Both the position numbers and the translations under genes were made by a program. The notes beneath the pieces were generated by a model that was given only the letters and a program-made list of their open reading frames with translations, searched no databases and was not told the DNA's origin. A stretch of 64,000 nucleotides of DNA from positions 1,054,001 through 1,118,000 of the forward strand of contig OZ025804.1 in NCBI GenBank assembly GCA_964019425.1, given 5' to 3'. The stretch comes from Flectonema sp. DT1601 (Eukaryota). Below, piece by piece: positions 36,801 through 51,800 of the stretch (the first letter of the stretch is position 1; each line of letters opens with the position of its first letter).

Positions 36801-39800
36801 AACTCAACAGCATATGTGGTTGAAGCTGGGCTGCATGAACCCACGTGAATAAAATGACTTTCGACTGGCTGGACTGTTTTTCCCATAGCAGCAGGAACTG
36901 TTACTCTGAATCTTAGTTTGTATATAATTCCGTGAAAACCGACTAGTTTAACATTTCTAAATACAACAGCTCCGTGTTTATCAACAAAGACTGGTTCTAA
37001 TCCGCTCGATTTCATTGCGCTCCAACAAACTTCCGCATCAGAAGGAGAATATGAGTAGTTGAACTTCTTCAAATCACTTGGAACACATTCACACAGTCCG
37101 GGTCGTTGGCAACTACTAATTTCACTTTTATTCGTAGAAACGTCTTTCCATACGAACGCTCTCCATTCCGCAACCACACCAATAGTTGCTTCATTCGGTT
37201 TTGTAACAACGTTGTGAGCAGGATCGAAAAATTCCAATTCAGGTTGAACAGTCAGTGGTAACTCAGTCGCATGGTTTGACACATTCGATGGTTGTTTTCT
37301 AATATTTAGCGAAACCGCCTGTCCCGACAAAACTAAAATCGTCACGCTAGTCTTCCACTCCGCTACAATATAAGAGTCAAACGTCGCTGTCGTTTTATTC
37401 AACGTAAACCCTCTAATGATGTGACTGAATTCAGCTTGGACTGATCCAGTGGGAGGTTTCAACAATGTGATGTTCGGAAAGTCGATAACACCGAACTCCA
37501 TAACTCTACTCGAAACGCCTTCCATTATTATTGAAGTGGCTAAGTTTGAGTTGTCGGCAACTTGTAGATTTCTTAAATTCATCGTTATGTCTCGCTTGAA
37601 TGGTCTTCTCAAGTCATTTTGATCATAGTGAAGAAGTTCATGACCTACCTCATCAGTTGTGTATATTGTAATAGTTTCTACTACAGATTGAACGTCAGCT
37701 AACACACTCAGTTGTGGTGTTCTAGTCCCAAGACCAGCAGGTCGACCGTAAACAGCATACGTCACTGCGTTCTCTGAATACAACTGTCCATCTAAAGACA
37801 CTTCAATATAAGCAGGAATGAAAGTAGGTTTTCCATTAATGCTGGGTGGTTGTCTACATAAAACTCTAAAACTATTTAAGTACGTCACATTATGTGAAGG
37901 ATGAGAAGGATCTGATAAGTAGTTTTGATGTTTGCCGGCATAGATTGCATCTCCGTTTGGAGGATCCCACGGAGTCTCTTTAGAAAACCATTTACATTTT
38001 AAAAACCTGCTATCAACAAACCCAATTCCGCTAACTGTAACTATCTCACCTCCTTGAAACACACTAAACTGAGGGATGGTTGATAACACAGTCGCTGTAG
38101 GTACTCGAAGAACTGTCAGTTTGTTTAGACTAAAACTAGGACTTCGAGGTGTGCATGTTGAACCCCCTAATAATGTTACTTCTAATTGTTGTCCACCACA
38201 TCCTCCACCACCACCTGGATCTGATGGTGTTTCGCATATTACTTGAGCTCCAGTATTGGCAATTGCTTTGTTAACAATAACCTGTTTTTGGTTTTGTTTT
38301 GTTTTGTTTTATTTTTATGAAGTGACAAAACAGAATAAGAACATACCTCAGTACCCGAACCAAACTTACAACAAGTAGTTCCAAGATTGAAGAATCCTTC
38401 TCCAGTGACGGTGATGAATGTACCGCCTCTGGTATCCGCAATCCCGGGATTCAGCATCTGCAATGCGAATAAATTCAATTTAATAACTTTTATGTTCGAT
38501 CCAACTGAGGCGAGGCAAAACATCGTACGAGTGCTCCTGTTGTTGGTTTAGGGTTTGAATAATACCAAAATATAAAATAATGATAAAAGGGAATATGCCT
38601 TGACTCAAGTCTACTAACCAATACTTACGGTTCCCAACACTCAGACTGGGAACAGCTTAGAAGGTAATATGAAAGCTACGACTCTTTGTATTACAGTCTG
38701 TTCACGTTTTCCTTTCAGCCGAGATAACGGAAAAGCTTGGATGATATTACTGTTTCAGATCTTAAGCAATGATGTGCAAAACATAATTATCAAAAACAAA
38801 CAAGAATAGGTTAAAGTTTCGCAGTATTAATGTAAATAATTAGTACACAAAAGACAAGGATGAGGAAGGTAGTCATCCTTCCTATTGTTAGCAGAGCGTT
38901 GACAGTCAATGAAGAATATTGAGGAAATGTTAAAAAAAAGTGCTCTCTTTTTTTTTTTTTTTTCCCTTTATACCCGACAATAACCCAATTGTTAGGACAA
39001 TACAAAACAAACACTTCGCAAGTGTACCGACGCAATTAGGAGGAGATAAAAACACGAGGGAAAAAAAAATTTTTTTTTGAAGCCGTGTTCCATGGCCCCG
39101 ATAATGGTTTTGAAAAAAAAAAAAATGAAAAACTCACATACTCATCCAAAGTCGCAGAAATAATTCTCTCGACTGCAGTTCCAGTTCTAAGAAAACTTGT
39201 CATTCCGTAGATTTGAAGATTCATCATTTGAAATTTATAAACAGTCGTTGGGTTCGCATCGATGTGTGTAAATACAAACCCCGCCCCCGACAAGGGATCT
39301 AACTTTAACACCGACACTGTAATCGCATTTGATATTTGATTTCGGAGAGTGTCGTACTGGATGACTTCTTTTGTTTGTAAGTTTATTCGAGCCATCTTTA
39401 AACCAAAATCTATTTTAATCGATACGAAGATTAGTAACCCCGACTGCTGAACTGCAACAGCTGCTGAACACGTCTCACAGGAAGGAACAGTTATGTCTGT
39501 GGAGAGTGATCTTGGAATTAGTGTCGCTGTTCTGAATAAAACAATTTCCCATTTTCCATTCTTTGAACCGGCAAGGCAAAGCTGTCCGATCGATGCAAAA
39601 AAAACTGCTTCGTGGATTTCATCGATTTGGTTACTGACATCTGCAATTCGGACGATCGACATGGTCGATGATCGCTGGTAGTGAACTTGACGAGCATTCG
39701 CACCAGTCCAAACTAAATACACTAAATCTTGAGCAGTATCAGTCAAACTCCTGACTAATTTCAATCCCAACGACCCCAACGTTATAATTCCTCGATGAGG

Positions 39801-42800
39801 TATTCCAACTGGAATGTCAATATTCCTTCCCAAAGGTTGACTCTGCAACACCCTCTTCGCATCATCATCACTAATCGTATTATCAACCTGATCAGTCTGC
39901 CATGTTGGAATAGATGAGTTCTTATAAATATGAAATGGACTCCGACTAAGAGTTGTGAATCTTCTTCGAGCACCAGCCACAATCGAATCGGCTGAAATGG
40001 AATTTCCAGCCGCAACTGGATCACCTGCTCTGGCAGAAGCAAAGGTTTTCTTTCCTCTGAAATACGAGTAGATTAAGTCATCGGAGGTGATTAAAAAAAC
40101 TTTTTCAGTTCCGATCCAAGCGTCTACTACTGCCGCTCCCAAGTCTTCCATGTCAAGGATGTCTTCAGCTGCGTTAAACAATAAAACAGGTCTACCTCCA
40201 ACGTATTGAAGACCATATAAAGTATCCATCATGTTAGTACCAACACCGGTTACTTTCATTTGGAATCTAACAGGTGTTGAAAAGTCAGCTGTTCTTGTAA
40301 TCCGAACGTCTTTGGACATACATTCGAAACCAACGTAGCCGTCAGCGCAGTAGCTGCAACTTTCACCTGCCCAATGACCGTTGGATTGGTCGAGGAAACA
40401 ATTACATGCTCCAGTTCCTCTGTCACATGTTCCATGGAATAGACAGAGGCACTCTTTGAGACAAAGATCACCCCACCAAAAGTCTTTACAACTATCACAC
40501 TTCAGACCAGCATAATGACCATCAACACTGTCTTGACATTCACATGTTCCTGTCAACGGATTACATTGAGCGTGTGCTAAGTGATCACATTCAACATCAG
40601 GATGACAATGAGTTCCACAATCTGTTCCGTAGTAGTCGGCATCACAAACACAAATACCACCATTAGTGTGACCATCTAAACAATAACCATTTCCTGAACA
40701 TGGTAATGCAGCTGTATCGTTACTCTTTGGACAGGGGAGATCACATGCTGGTGTAGCCCAGAACTGATCACAGAAACATGTTCCTCCAATTGAAGCATCT
40801 GGATTCTTACCAGACCTTCCATTATAACACGGAGTCGTACAGTTACTTCCGTAGAATCCTTGTTGGCAGAGATCGCAGTTTGCGCCTTCCCAAAAACCGG
40901 TTTTGACGTTTCCAAAGCAAGTGCAATTCCCGTCGATTTTAGAACAGTCACCGTTACCAGAACAAGGATGAATTGATCCTCCAGTGCATGGAATGTCGCA
41001 GGCTGTACCAGCCCATCCAAACGAACAGGTGCATGTTCCATTTCGTGAAGAACCGTCATCGCATACTCCGTGAGCATTGCAGGGATTATGGTAACCACCC
41101 GGACACTCTATTTGACAGGCTTTACCTGCGTAGCCTGCGAAGCATTTACAAGTACCTTCAATCGTGTTACAAAGACCTTGATTATTACAAGGTGTTCCTG
41201 CTCCTCCTGGACACTCACTACTACAGTCAGCAAACATATAACCAGAGTCACATGCGCAAAGACCGTTTCCTAGTTTTCCATCTGAGCATGCACCTCGTCC
41301 GCTGCATGTGGCGATACCAATTCCACCTGGACATTCATTCTCACAGTTTGGACCCCACTGTCCATTAGTACCACATAAGTGTGCGAGGCATTCCTCTCCA
41401 GACATGTCGCATGCTTTTTTTGTTGGAGAATTACATCTGCCTGCTTCACAAGAATAACAAGCAGCATCTCTGCAAGTTCCAACACCAGAACAAGGGATAC
41501 CCGGCTCTAAGGCTGTTCCGTTGTGTGGACATTCCATATCGCATTGTACTCCAGACCATCCGTAGGCACATTGATCACACATAGAACCACTCCAGTAGCC
41601 TGTTGTTGGTGACTTATCACATTCACAACTTCCATCAGCAGGTTTGCATGTTCCCTTTCCAAAACAGGGTCTGGCTGATCCTCCGTTGCACTCTCGTGAA
41701 CAGTCTGACAGAGACCAACCGAAATAGCATGTGCAAGTCCCTGCACCTGATGTACCTTGACTGCATGTACCGTGATTACTACAAGGAGATAAAGCTCCTC
41801 CTGGACATTCATTTAAACATGATTCACCCCAATAGCCATTCGTACATGAGCTACATGATGATCCAGTCCATCTACCAAGTGTTACATCCGTAGTACATGA
41901 ACACAGTCCAGTACCATCAATGCCGTCTGCACAAAGACCATGACCAGTACAAACCTTAATAGATTCCATATAAGGAAGCTTCGACCGCGGGCAGGCAACA
42001 CCGCAATCAGGACCAGCGTAGCCAGGATCGCAGGTACATATTCCAGTTCCCTTTTCACCATCACTGCAAGACCCTTGACCACTGCATGTAATAGGTTTCC
42101 CAAACACATTACCGGGACATTGGAGTTTGCAACCTGTGCCGTAGTAGCCAACCCAGCAGTCTTGGCAAGCATCTCTTCCCCAATAGCCAGTGTCGGATGC
42201 GTATTGACATTTGCAGCTGCCGTCTCCGTATTGACCTTCTGAACAAGTTCCTCGTTTTGTACAAACGTTGTCGACCCCTCCAGGGCATACTGCTACACAA
42301 GAACTTGAGTAATATCCCGCTACACAAGCATCACACTTTGTACCTGTCCAGTAGCCGTCTACATCGTTTCGGGTGCAATTGCAAGAACCTCTCCAATTTT
42401 CACAATTTCCTCCTGGACAGAGTCCATCAAAACAGGAGCCGTGTCCAACGCATGGTTTGCAAGCTCCGCCAGCACACTCGTTTTCGCAGCTTGCTCCCCA
42501 ATAGCCTGCAGCGCAATCTCGGCAGTCGGTTCCGTCCCAAAACCCGTGTGTAGAATTAGAGAAGCAGTTACACTGTATTCGAGACGGGTCGCACTCACCA
42601 TGACTTGAACACAGGATGGGATGCGCCATTTGAGAAGGACATGTCCGATCACAGGTACTTGTGAACCAACCAGTAGCACACTTTGAACAATCGACACCTG
42701 CCCAGTGACCCAAAGCAGATGAATCTGAACAAACACATTTCGCAACTCTACTAGAACCAGAACCAGATGGAACACACGTACCTGTTCCCGAGCAGGGTGA

Positions 42801-45800
42801 TCCTGACTGTCGACCAGGACAGTCTAAGTCACAGAAAGCACCAACATATCCCATGTCACAAGCACATGATCCATTTCCCTTATTACCTTCAAAGCATTTC
42901 CCATTACCAGCACAAGGTAGTTTGTATCCCTCAGATATAAATCCAGCACATTCCATTGAGCAGTTGGTATTAGCGTATCCCGAATGACAGACACAAATAC
43001 CATTTAATGATTCACCATAAAGACAAGGCATCAGACACTCTTCTCCAGAGAATCCTTGTTGACAAGTACTGCAGTCAATGCCTTCCCAGAATCCTAGAGC
43101 GGAATCGCTGTGGCATCTGCAAGAACCATCATTCTGCATGCAGTCACCATGAAAGTTGCAGGGTGTTTCAGCTCCTCCAGGGCATGTTAGTTCACATGCT
43201 TCTCCTGCGTATCCAAAGTGACATGTGCACTCACCAGTACCTGATGCTGGTGGGGTACCTCTGAGGTACGCACCTTCACTACAGACGCCATGACCAGTAC
43301 AAGGATTTCCAACACCTCCTTTGCACGTTAGTTGGCAGTCAAAACCTGCAAAGCCTGACTTACATGTACACTTTCCAGTATCAGTGTTACAAAAGCCATT
43401 ACTACCACCACATGGATACAATGCACCACCATCACAAACCTTACTACAGGATGCTGTTGCGTATCCATTAAAGCAGGTACAGGCGCCATCTCCTTGTTTG
43501 CCTTCTCGACAGTTTCCGTGTCCTGTACATGGAAGGGAGGCGCCTCCAACGCATTCAAATTCACAGCTTTGGCCCCAATACCCAGCAGGGCAGAAGTATG
43601 CACTGCAGGCAGCTGGTCCCTGAAATTCACAAGTCCCACCGCAGTAACCTGCATCACAGAAACAAATTCCGTCCAGGCATTGACCGTTGCCACCGCATTC
43701 CAGACCCTGCCGCATTGAACACTTTATGTTGCAGTTTTGACCTGACCAACCGAGTAGACAACTTGAGCAGTCAGGGACGTCCCAATATCCTGTAATTGGA
43801 GACTCAAAACAAACACATGATCCAGACACAATTAAAGGAGGTCCTGGATCACCTTGTTGACACTTTCCTCTTCCGTTACAAGGAAGTACAAAACCACCTG
43901 TGCACACAACATCGCATGAGCTACCTGCATAGCCGTAGTCGCAGACGCATTTTCCAGTTCCAGATTTTCCATCTTCACATTTTCCATTTGAAGAACAGAC
44001 TCCGTAAAAACTATTCACACCTGGACAAGTTGTCTTGCAATCAGAACTTGCATATCCACTTATACATTTACCACAAGCGACACCAGCAAGAAACCCGTAT
44101 GAAGCACCTGATGCGGGTGTTGTACCCGGACAGTGACATGCACCTGTACCACCAAGAGCATTGAATTGACCAGGTGCTCCCCATTGACATGCTTCTTGTC
44201 CTCCTGGGCCGTTGAGTGCACCACTGCAGTAGTCTCCGTTTGGTCCTTTGGGACAGGCGAGAGAACAGTCTTCCCCAGCGTATCCTCTGTTGCAAGTGCA
44301 GAGCCCAGAACCGGTCATCATGTCGTCACAGACTCCGTTGCCTTCACATGCGAAGAATTTACCCGGACACTTTGATTGACATGTTGGTCCAAAGTATCCA
44401 GCAGCACAGTCTTGACAAAGTAACCCTGACCACCAACCTGTTTCTATGATATCAAAACAAATACAATCACCACTACCAGTTGGTCCTTGAGAGCAGTCAC
44501 CGTGACCACTACACCAGGTTTCGGGTGTGAGTCCACCAGGACATTCTTGTTTACATTCAGAACCCCAGTATCCTACTGCACAGCTGTCACACTTAGTACC
44601 CTTCCAGTATCCAATACCTGGGGTATCGAAGCAGGCACATATACCAGTTCCTGTTACACCAGAGTCACAGATACCGTGACCACTGCACGGATCACATGCT
44701 CCTCCAGGACAGGGGTTGCGACATTCAAAACCCCAATAACCAGTTTGACACATTTCACATGCGAGTCCTTCCCAGTAACCTCCGTCTGTGTCTGACCGAC
44801 AGTCGCAAACTCCTCGAGTTTTGGGACAGGTACCGTGACCTGAGCAGGGTAATCCATTCGGTCCTTTTGGACATAATTGATCACACATCAATCCGAAGTA
44901 CTCACCCAGACATGATCCGCAGTCTGGTGGAGACCAGAATCCTAATGTTGAGTCTTGATTACAAGTACAGGAACCATCATTACTACATATTCCATTACCA
45001 CTACACTCTTTACCTGTTGCAGCATGACCAGCACATCGAACAGAACAATCGAATCCTCTAAAACCGATATTACAAATACAGGTGCCGTCACCTGCGTTGG
45101 TCGCATTACAAACTCCGTTGCGATTACAAGGATTTCCTGCACCTCCGATACATTCAATAGAACAGTCTCTCCATGCCCATCCTTCACTGCAGGCACACTC
45201 TCTACCAGATGTTGTTCCGGATACTGACGGGCAGATCTCTGAACAAGAATCTCCGAAGTATCCGTCTTTACAATTATTGCATTCAAGTCCTCCAAAATGA
45301 CCATCCACTTCATTATCAATACAACTACATGCTGCTGTTAGGGTGTCACACGTACCGTGTCCTGAGCATGGGTTTTTATATCCACCAGGACATTCTTTAT
45401 CACACTTTTCTCCTGCATAGCCGCGTTCGCAGACACATTTTCCATCACCAGAAGCACCCATGTTGCACGTACCTCGGGAACTGCAAACACTGCCGGGTTC
45501 ACCATAACCCTTACAAGCAACTGCGCAGGTTGGTGTTGAGAAATAGTGATCGCATGTGCAAGCACCTGTATGAGTTTGGTTGCATGTTCCGTGGAATGAA
45601 CAAGGGGTCGATGCCCCACCGTCACACTCAAGACTGCAAAGCTCACCAGCGTATCCTTCAAAACACAAACATTTACCATCACCAAACTTACCATCTGAAC
45701 ATGATCCGTGACCATTACATGGCTCTGGTGGGTCGACGTTAGTGTTAGTGCCATCACACAATGCGTCGCAACTGAGTCCAAACATTGCTGGAGGACATAG

Positions 45801-48800
45801 GAATCCGCTGCACTCAACGCCACTGAGTTCACAAGCGCTTCCACAAAAGTCTTGTCCACAATCATAACATGCGCCTTGGTAACATCGACCCCTGCCAGAG
45901 CAGGCAAGGCTGCTAAGTCCTACAGGACAGCCGAGGTTACAATTAGAACCTGACCATCCAACAAGACACTCATTACAAGTATCTCCTCTCCAATATCCCA
46001 AGTCTGTTGATGCGTAGCATGTGCAAGAGCCATCAGAGTTGCAAACACCTCTTCGGTTGCAAGGATTACCTGCTCCACCTGCACATTCAAATTCGCATGC
46101 TGTTCCTGAATAGCCATCTTGACAAGTACATAAACCAGTACCAGTAATCCCCGTTGAACAGAATCCATTACCAGAACAAGGATTATTAGCTCCACCTGGA
46201 CATTCTACTATGCAAGTCTCGCCTCCGTAACCAGGTCGGCAGTCTTCACAGGTGGGTTCAATCCAGTAACCGATGACAGGATCTCTTGGACAGGTGCACA
46301 GTGCTGTTCCGGCTCGTCCGTCGCTGCATGCACCGGCAAATCCAGAGCAGACTAAATTAGAAAGCGATGACTTGGGACAGTGCTGATCACAGTTCTCACC
46401 AGCGCTACCAGCAAAACAATCACAAAGACCAGTTCCAGTGATACCATAGTCGCAGACACCCTTCCCTCCACATATCTGACCATTAGATGATGGGCATCCA
46501 AGAGAACAGTTTGGTGCATACCAACCGTTGGCACAATTGTCACAAAGAACACCTGACCAGACTCCACCATTATTCGGATCTGAGTAGCACGCACAGGATC
46601 CGCTTCCAAATTGACCAGCGTTACAGACACCGTTACCAGAACAGGGTTCTATCCATCCTCCAGGGCATTCTTTAGTACAGGATCCTCCGTACCATCCTTC
46701 TTTGCAATCAGAGCAGTCAGTTTTTGACCACCAACCGTCAGTGTTGTTTGAAGTACAGTTACACCATCCGTAACCCATTACTCCCTCAGAACATGATCCG
46801 TGTCCTGAGCAGGGATTACATGCACCTCCTGGACACACACCTTGACATCCTGATCCCCAGTAACCTGATTGGCATGTATCGCATACTGTTCCCTCCCAAT
46901 ACCCAGCCTCTGGTGATGCATCGCAGTTACAGAACTCTACTTCTGTTGGACAGGTTCCGTGGTCGCTGCAGTTCTTTCCGTTTGGAGATTTCGGACATGT
47001 TTTCAAACAATTAGTTCCAAACCAATCAGGTAGACATCTGTCACAAGACGTACCAGTCCAGTGTCCGAGTTCTAAACTATCTTCACAAACACAAACACCA
47101 CTAGCAGTACAATTACCGTGACCATTACAAGGTGTTGATGCACTACCTGGACATTCTGATTCGCAACCTTGACCTAGATAGCCGTAGTCACAAGTACAAG
47201 ATCCGTCACCTGTAGATCCAGAGTTGCAGGTACCGTGATTGTTACAAGGGGTTAATGCTCCTCCTTTACATGCAATGCTGCAGTCAGATCCAGCGTATCC
47301 TGAATAACAGGTGCAAAGACCATCAGCTGCTGAGCAGGTTCCTCTTCCAGTACAGGGAGAGGTTGCTCCTCCTGGACATTCAATACAATCAACTGATCCG
47401 TAGCCTGAATCACAATTACATAATCCATTACCTTGTTTTCCATCACTACAAGCACCATGAGTATTACATACGGTTACTGTTCCAACTTGATCTGTTGCGA
47501 AACCAGGACATTGTTGACCACAACTTGGACCGTAGTATCCATCAGGACAAGCATAAATATCACATCCTCTTCCTGTTATGTTACAAGATGTTCCGCAGAC
47601 TTTTTCATTCAAATGGAACTCGGGACACAGACAGACTCCAAGTACACAGCTGCCAATATCAGAGCAGACAGCTCCTGTTTCATTTCTTGGACAGGGAGTT
47701 ATACAACCAGGAGTTGTTGCTGTTGGACTACTGTATCCATATTGACAAGTACTGCATTGAGCATCATCCCAAAACCCTTGAGACTCACTTCGATAGCAAT
47801 CACACTTCCCTGTTAGTGAGATACATTCTCCATGAAAACTACATGGGTTAGTGGGTCCACCATCACATGGGATTTCACATTGAGTGCCTGCATATCCTAA
47901 AGTACACGAACAGGTTCCGTTACCTGTTGGTCCTTCGTCGCATGTTCCTCTGCCTTGGCATGGGATTCCAGCTCCTCCGGCGCATTCAATTCTGCAGCCT
48001 TGAGAATACCCAGACAGACATGTATCACATGCAGAACCACTCCAGTATCCATCTCCAGCATTTGTTGGACACGTACACGTACCTGTTCCAGCAGTACCAT
48101 TAGAACACGAAGTGATGAATCCTCCACAGATCTCATTATTAAAGTCTCGTGGACAGGCTTTGTCACAAGACAGACCTGCGTATCCGTCATAACAATCACA
48201 TGTTCCAGGTCCAAATAAACCACCAAGGCATAATCCATTACCGTTACAAGGAGAAGCAGATCCTCCAGGACACACGAGAATACACGCTGATCCATAGTAC
48301 CCGTACTTACAATCTTGACAAGCATAGCCATCCCAATATCCTTCAGTAGTGGATGCAGTGCATTGGCAGACTGCAGGGGTTCCAGGGCAACTGTTGTCGC
48401 ACGCTCCTCTTGAGTTACACATGGTTCCATTAAATGAGGGTCCAATAGTTTCTATTCTGAGATTATGATTCCAATACGGACATGCTTCAGTGAATGATAA
48501 GAAGATATTATCCTTACTCTCTTCATCATCTCGTACTGCTGTTACCCTTAAGTCAGAACCTGCATATCTATATCCTACACAGGTTAGTTTGGTATCTGGA
48601 GTGGTTGAGTCGTGAACGACCGTTTCACATTTTTTACTTGCCTGAAGCCTTGAGCCAATATAAACGTCAGCTCCGGTTTCACCGAAATTGAAACCCGTTA
48701 AAGTCAATGTTTCTGTTCCTTTAGTTGGACAGAGGACTGTGTGATTCAGACTATCTTTTGCACAGTCAGTTAACCCCGAGGATATCAGTTCAGCAGAGCA

Positions 48801-51800
48801 ACCGCATCCGGTGATGGTTCGAACGACAGGTAGAGGACGGTAGGAAGCCATGATGTTTTCTGTTTCAATGTTTGTTTCCAACCAAGAAGCAGCATCAGCA
48901 ACATCTGTCATTGAGTTCCCCGTATGCGATGTGATGAACCTTTTCACTCCATCGTAACCACTGATTTCTCTGAATTCACCTCCCCATGGCGTTCCAACAA
49001 TCCCCCTTCTCACTTCAATTCTGTGACCAACACCCAATCCAGGGTATTCTAAGCAGCGGAGTAGCACGTCTGAAATGATTTCTATTTTTTTACATTCATA
49101 CGGTCCTACCCAAATCGATGGAACACCAAATCCCTGAGTCCCAATAAAATATTTCCCCCTCACTGTGAGAGTCATCGTTCCATTAGTGAAACATGCCTTG
49201 GTGTGATTCTTATAGAATGATAGCGTACAGCCTTCTACAAATGTTACTTCAGGACGTCTTGAGAATGATATGGTCGCGTGTTGTTGTGTAAAATTTAAAC
49301 CATAAACAGTTCTTATTGTTGGTGTTACCATAGCGACTGCTGGATGAGGAGGATACTCACCTGTAGGATGGTACGATGGTAGTGTAGTTGGAGTCATGTA
49401 CGACATCGAAGAGCAGACTACACGTTCGTCTTCTCCACCAATCAGAGTATTGTTTATGTAGATACCATGTGTTACTGTGCCGCATTCAAACTCTCCAAGC
49501 CAGACTCTTGCTCCAGTGTTTCCGAAACCTTTCCCGTGAAGAGTTATTGAATGAGATCCACTGGAGTGACAGTTCACAGTCGATGGATGGAAATCCATAC
49601 AACCTGTGACTCTCTCAATCATAAGTTCTGAGTAACTTATCGTCGTTTGTTCAATACTTCGTTCTCCATGAAGAACAACACTTAATGAGATATTCTGACC
49701 TGGATGACCCATTGAGGGATCCCATGGGTATCCACTACATCTTAATGTCGTTCCTTGTTTCTTATGAAGAATACCTTGACCAGTTCCACCTTGTTCAGGG
49801 TAGGCATAGACGTATGATCCTTGCCAGTTTTGATCATTTGACGCGTGAACATCAACACAACTGTAACCTCCTATTTGAACATCACCAATTCGTCTTGTTC
49901 CACTGTCGTCAATCCATAAATCATATCCTACGATTGTTATAATATTATTACCAGATTGTGGACAGTGGTGGGTGTAGTCTCCTTCATCAAAACATCCAGA
50001 TACTCTTTCTATTCTCGGAATCGGTCGGAAATTTAAATACGTGTTCGACGGCGATCGATCCCAGAGTCCGTTGGATTTTACCTTTACTAAATTATATGTA
50101 CCGTATCCTGTTGTGGGTTTATATTTATTTATTTTTTCTCCTTACCTATGTTAGAGCTACCGCCGCTCAAAATCGGGGATGACAGATTGCAAAAAAAAAA
50201 AAAAAAAAAAAAACTTTACAAACCTGAATATTTTGTACACAGTATAGACGTGTCGTTGAGAACAGTAACATTAACACATGGGAAATGACCAAACATCACG
50301 TCAACAGCTCCAAAGCCACCATATCCAACAAAGTTCTTTCCCATTATTTCAATCGAAGTAGTCCCACTTGTGGGACATCCCGTCCACGTCGCATTTGTTT
50401 CACCGCAATTATCTATCCCGTAGATGACAGGATGAGATGCGAATGAAACAGTCACCCAGTCCTCAGTTTTATTTCTTTCTCTCCAATTAACCACCGTTAT
50501 CGGAAGATTTATCTCCTCTTTCAGGTATAATTTATTTCCTGAATTTTCTTGATTTCCATATGCGAATGTCGATTCTGGAGATTGGTCACCATGTTGATAT
50601 CCCAGATAATCATCACAAATAAGAACTTGATGATGTTCCCAAAGGGGGTTTTGAGTATAGTCGGTGGCATTGTGCCACACTAGGGATTCGCATTTTCCTC
50701 CTCCGACATATGCTTGGATTCTGCTGTCGGAATCAAGTCCAAATCCTTGACCCCAAATAGTCAGACTCGTTGAACCATCAGGAGGACAGTTAGCAGTGCT
50801 TGGCCAGATATCAAGACACCCAGTAACCTGAACAATCTTAACATCAGTCCAACACTCCGAGTGAACCGGACACATCGCTGCGACTCCGTTATTCGCCAGG
50901 TTTCGATCTTCATTTGTGATCGTTCCTTTAAAGCTCAGCTGAGCTTCAGCAAAAACATCCACACGAAACCAACGAGAAACATAATTCTTTTCCTTCGTAA
51001 GAGCAGGATCGTATGGTACTTCAGCGATAACACATCGAAGGAAGTCACCAGTTTCTGATGCGAAACAGTCTTGGTCTGACGGCTCGTGTTCTGATCCTTC
51101 ACGTAATCCAAGAGGTAATGAAATAAGACCTGGATCTGGTCCAGTATGACCATGAGGGTTGACAACTTGTGGATCATAAACTCCATAAAGATTACCTCCG
51201 TCAACACTAAAGACAGTTCGAACATCAGTAGCAGTTGTCGGACCATCGTTGTATATACGAAGTTCGTAGGCTGTTTCTGGCCATGTTGGCCAGACGATAA
51301 GCGGTCGTAAGTCTGGAGTGTACACAACTGGGTTTAGAATAAATCTGTTATTGCTAATGTCATGATCGTTCTCAGTGAAGATATCGACTGTAAAATTAAC
51401 CGTACCATTAAAATATTGATCAACAATAAGAGTAATTGGAAGTTCATATTTCCAGGGAAGGATTGGATTATGATGGTTCTCAACGCTATATGGATCTGCC
51501 GCAATGGGTTGGATCGAATCGATGTCGTCGGGATACTTGGACTTAATCCCTTCTATTTCACATATTATTTTTGTTTCGTTCCATTGACATTTATGATAAG
51601 GAGCGATCCAGGGGGTTGCGAATGGTCCAAAATTAACTCCTTCGCTGTTTACCTCCATTATGATTGTTGTTTTTCCTGCCCAACCAGCTCCACTATTCAT
51701 AATAATCACGGTAACGTTGTTCTCACCAACAGTGATATAATCGAAGTCAGTGATGTTAACGTGTGCGTGAACATCAGCTGCGTGAGTAGCAGTTTGAAAG

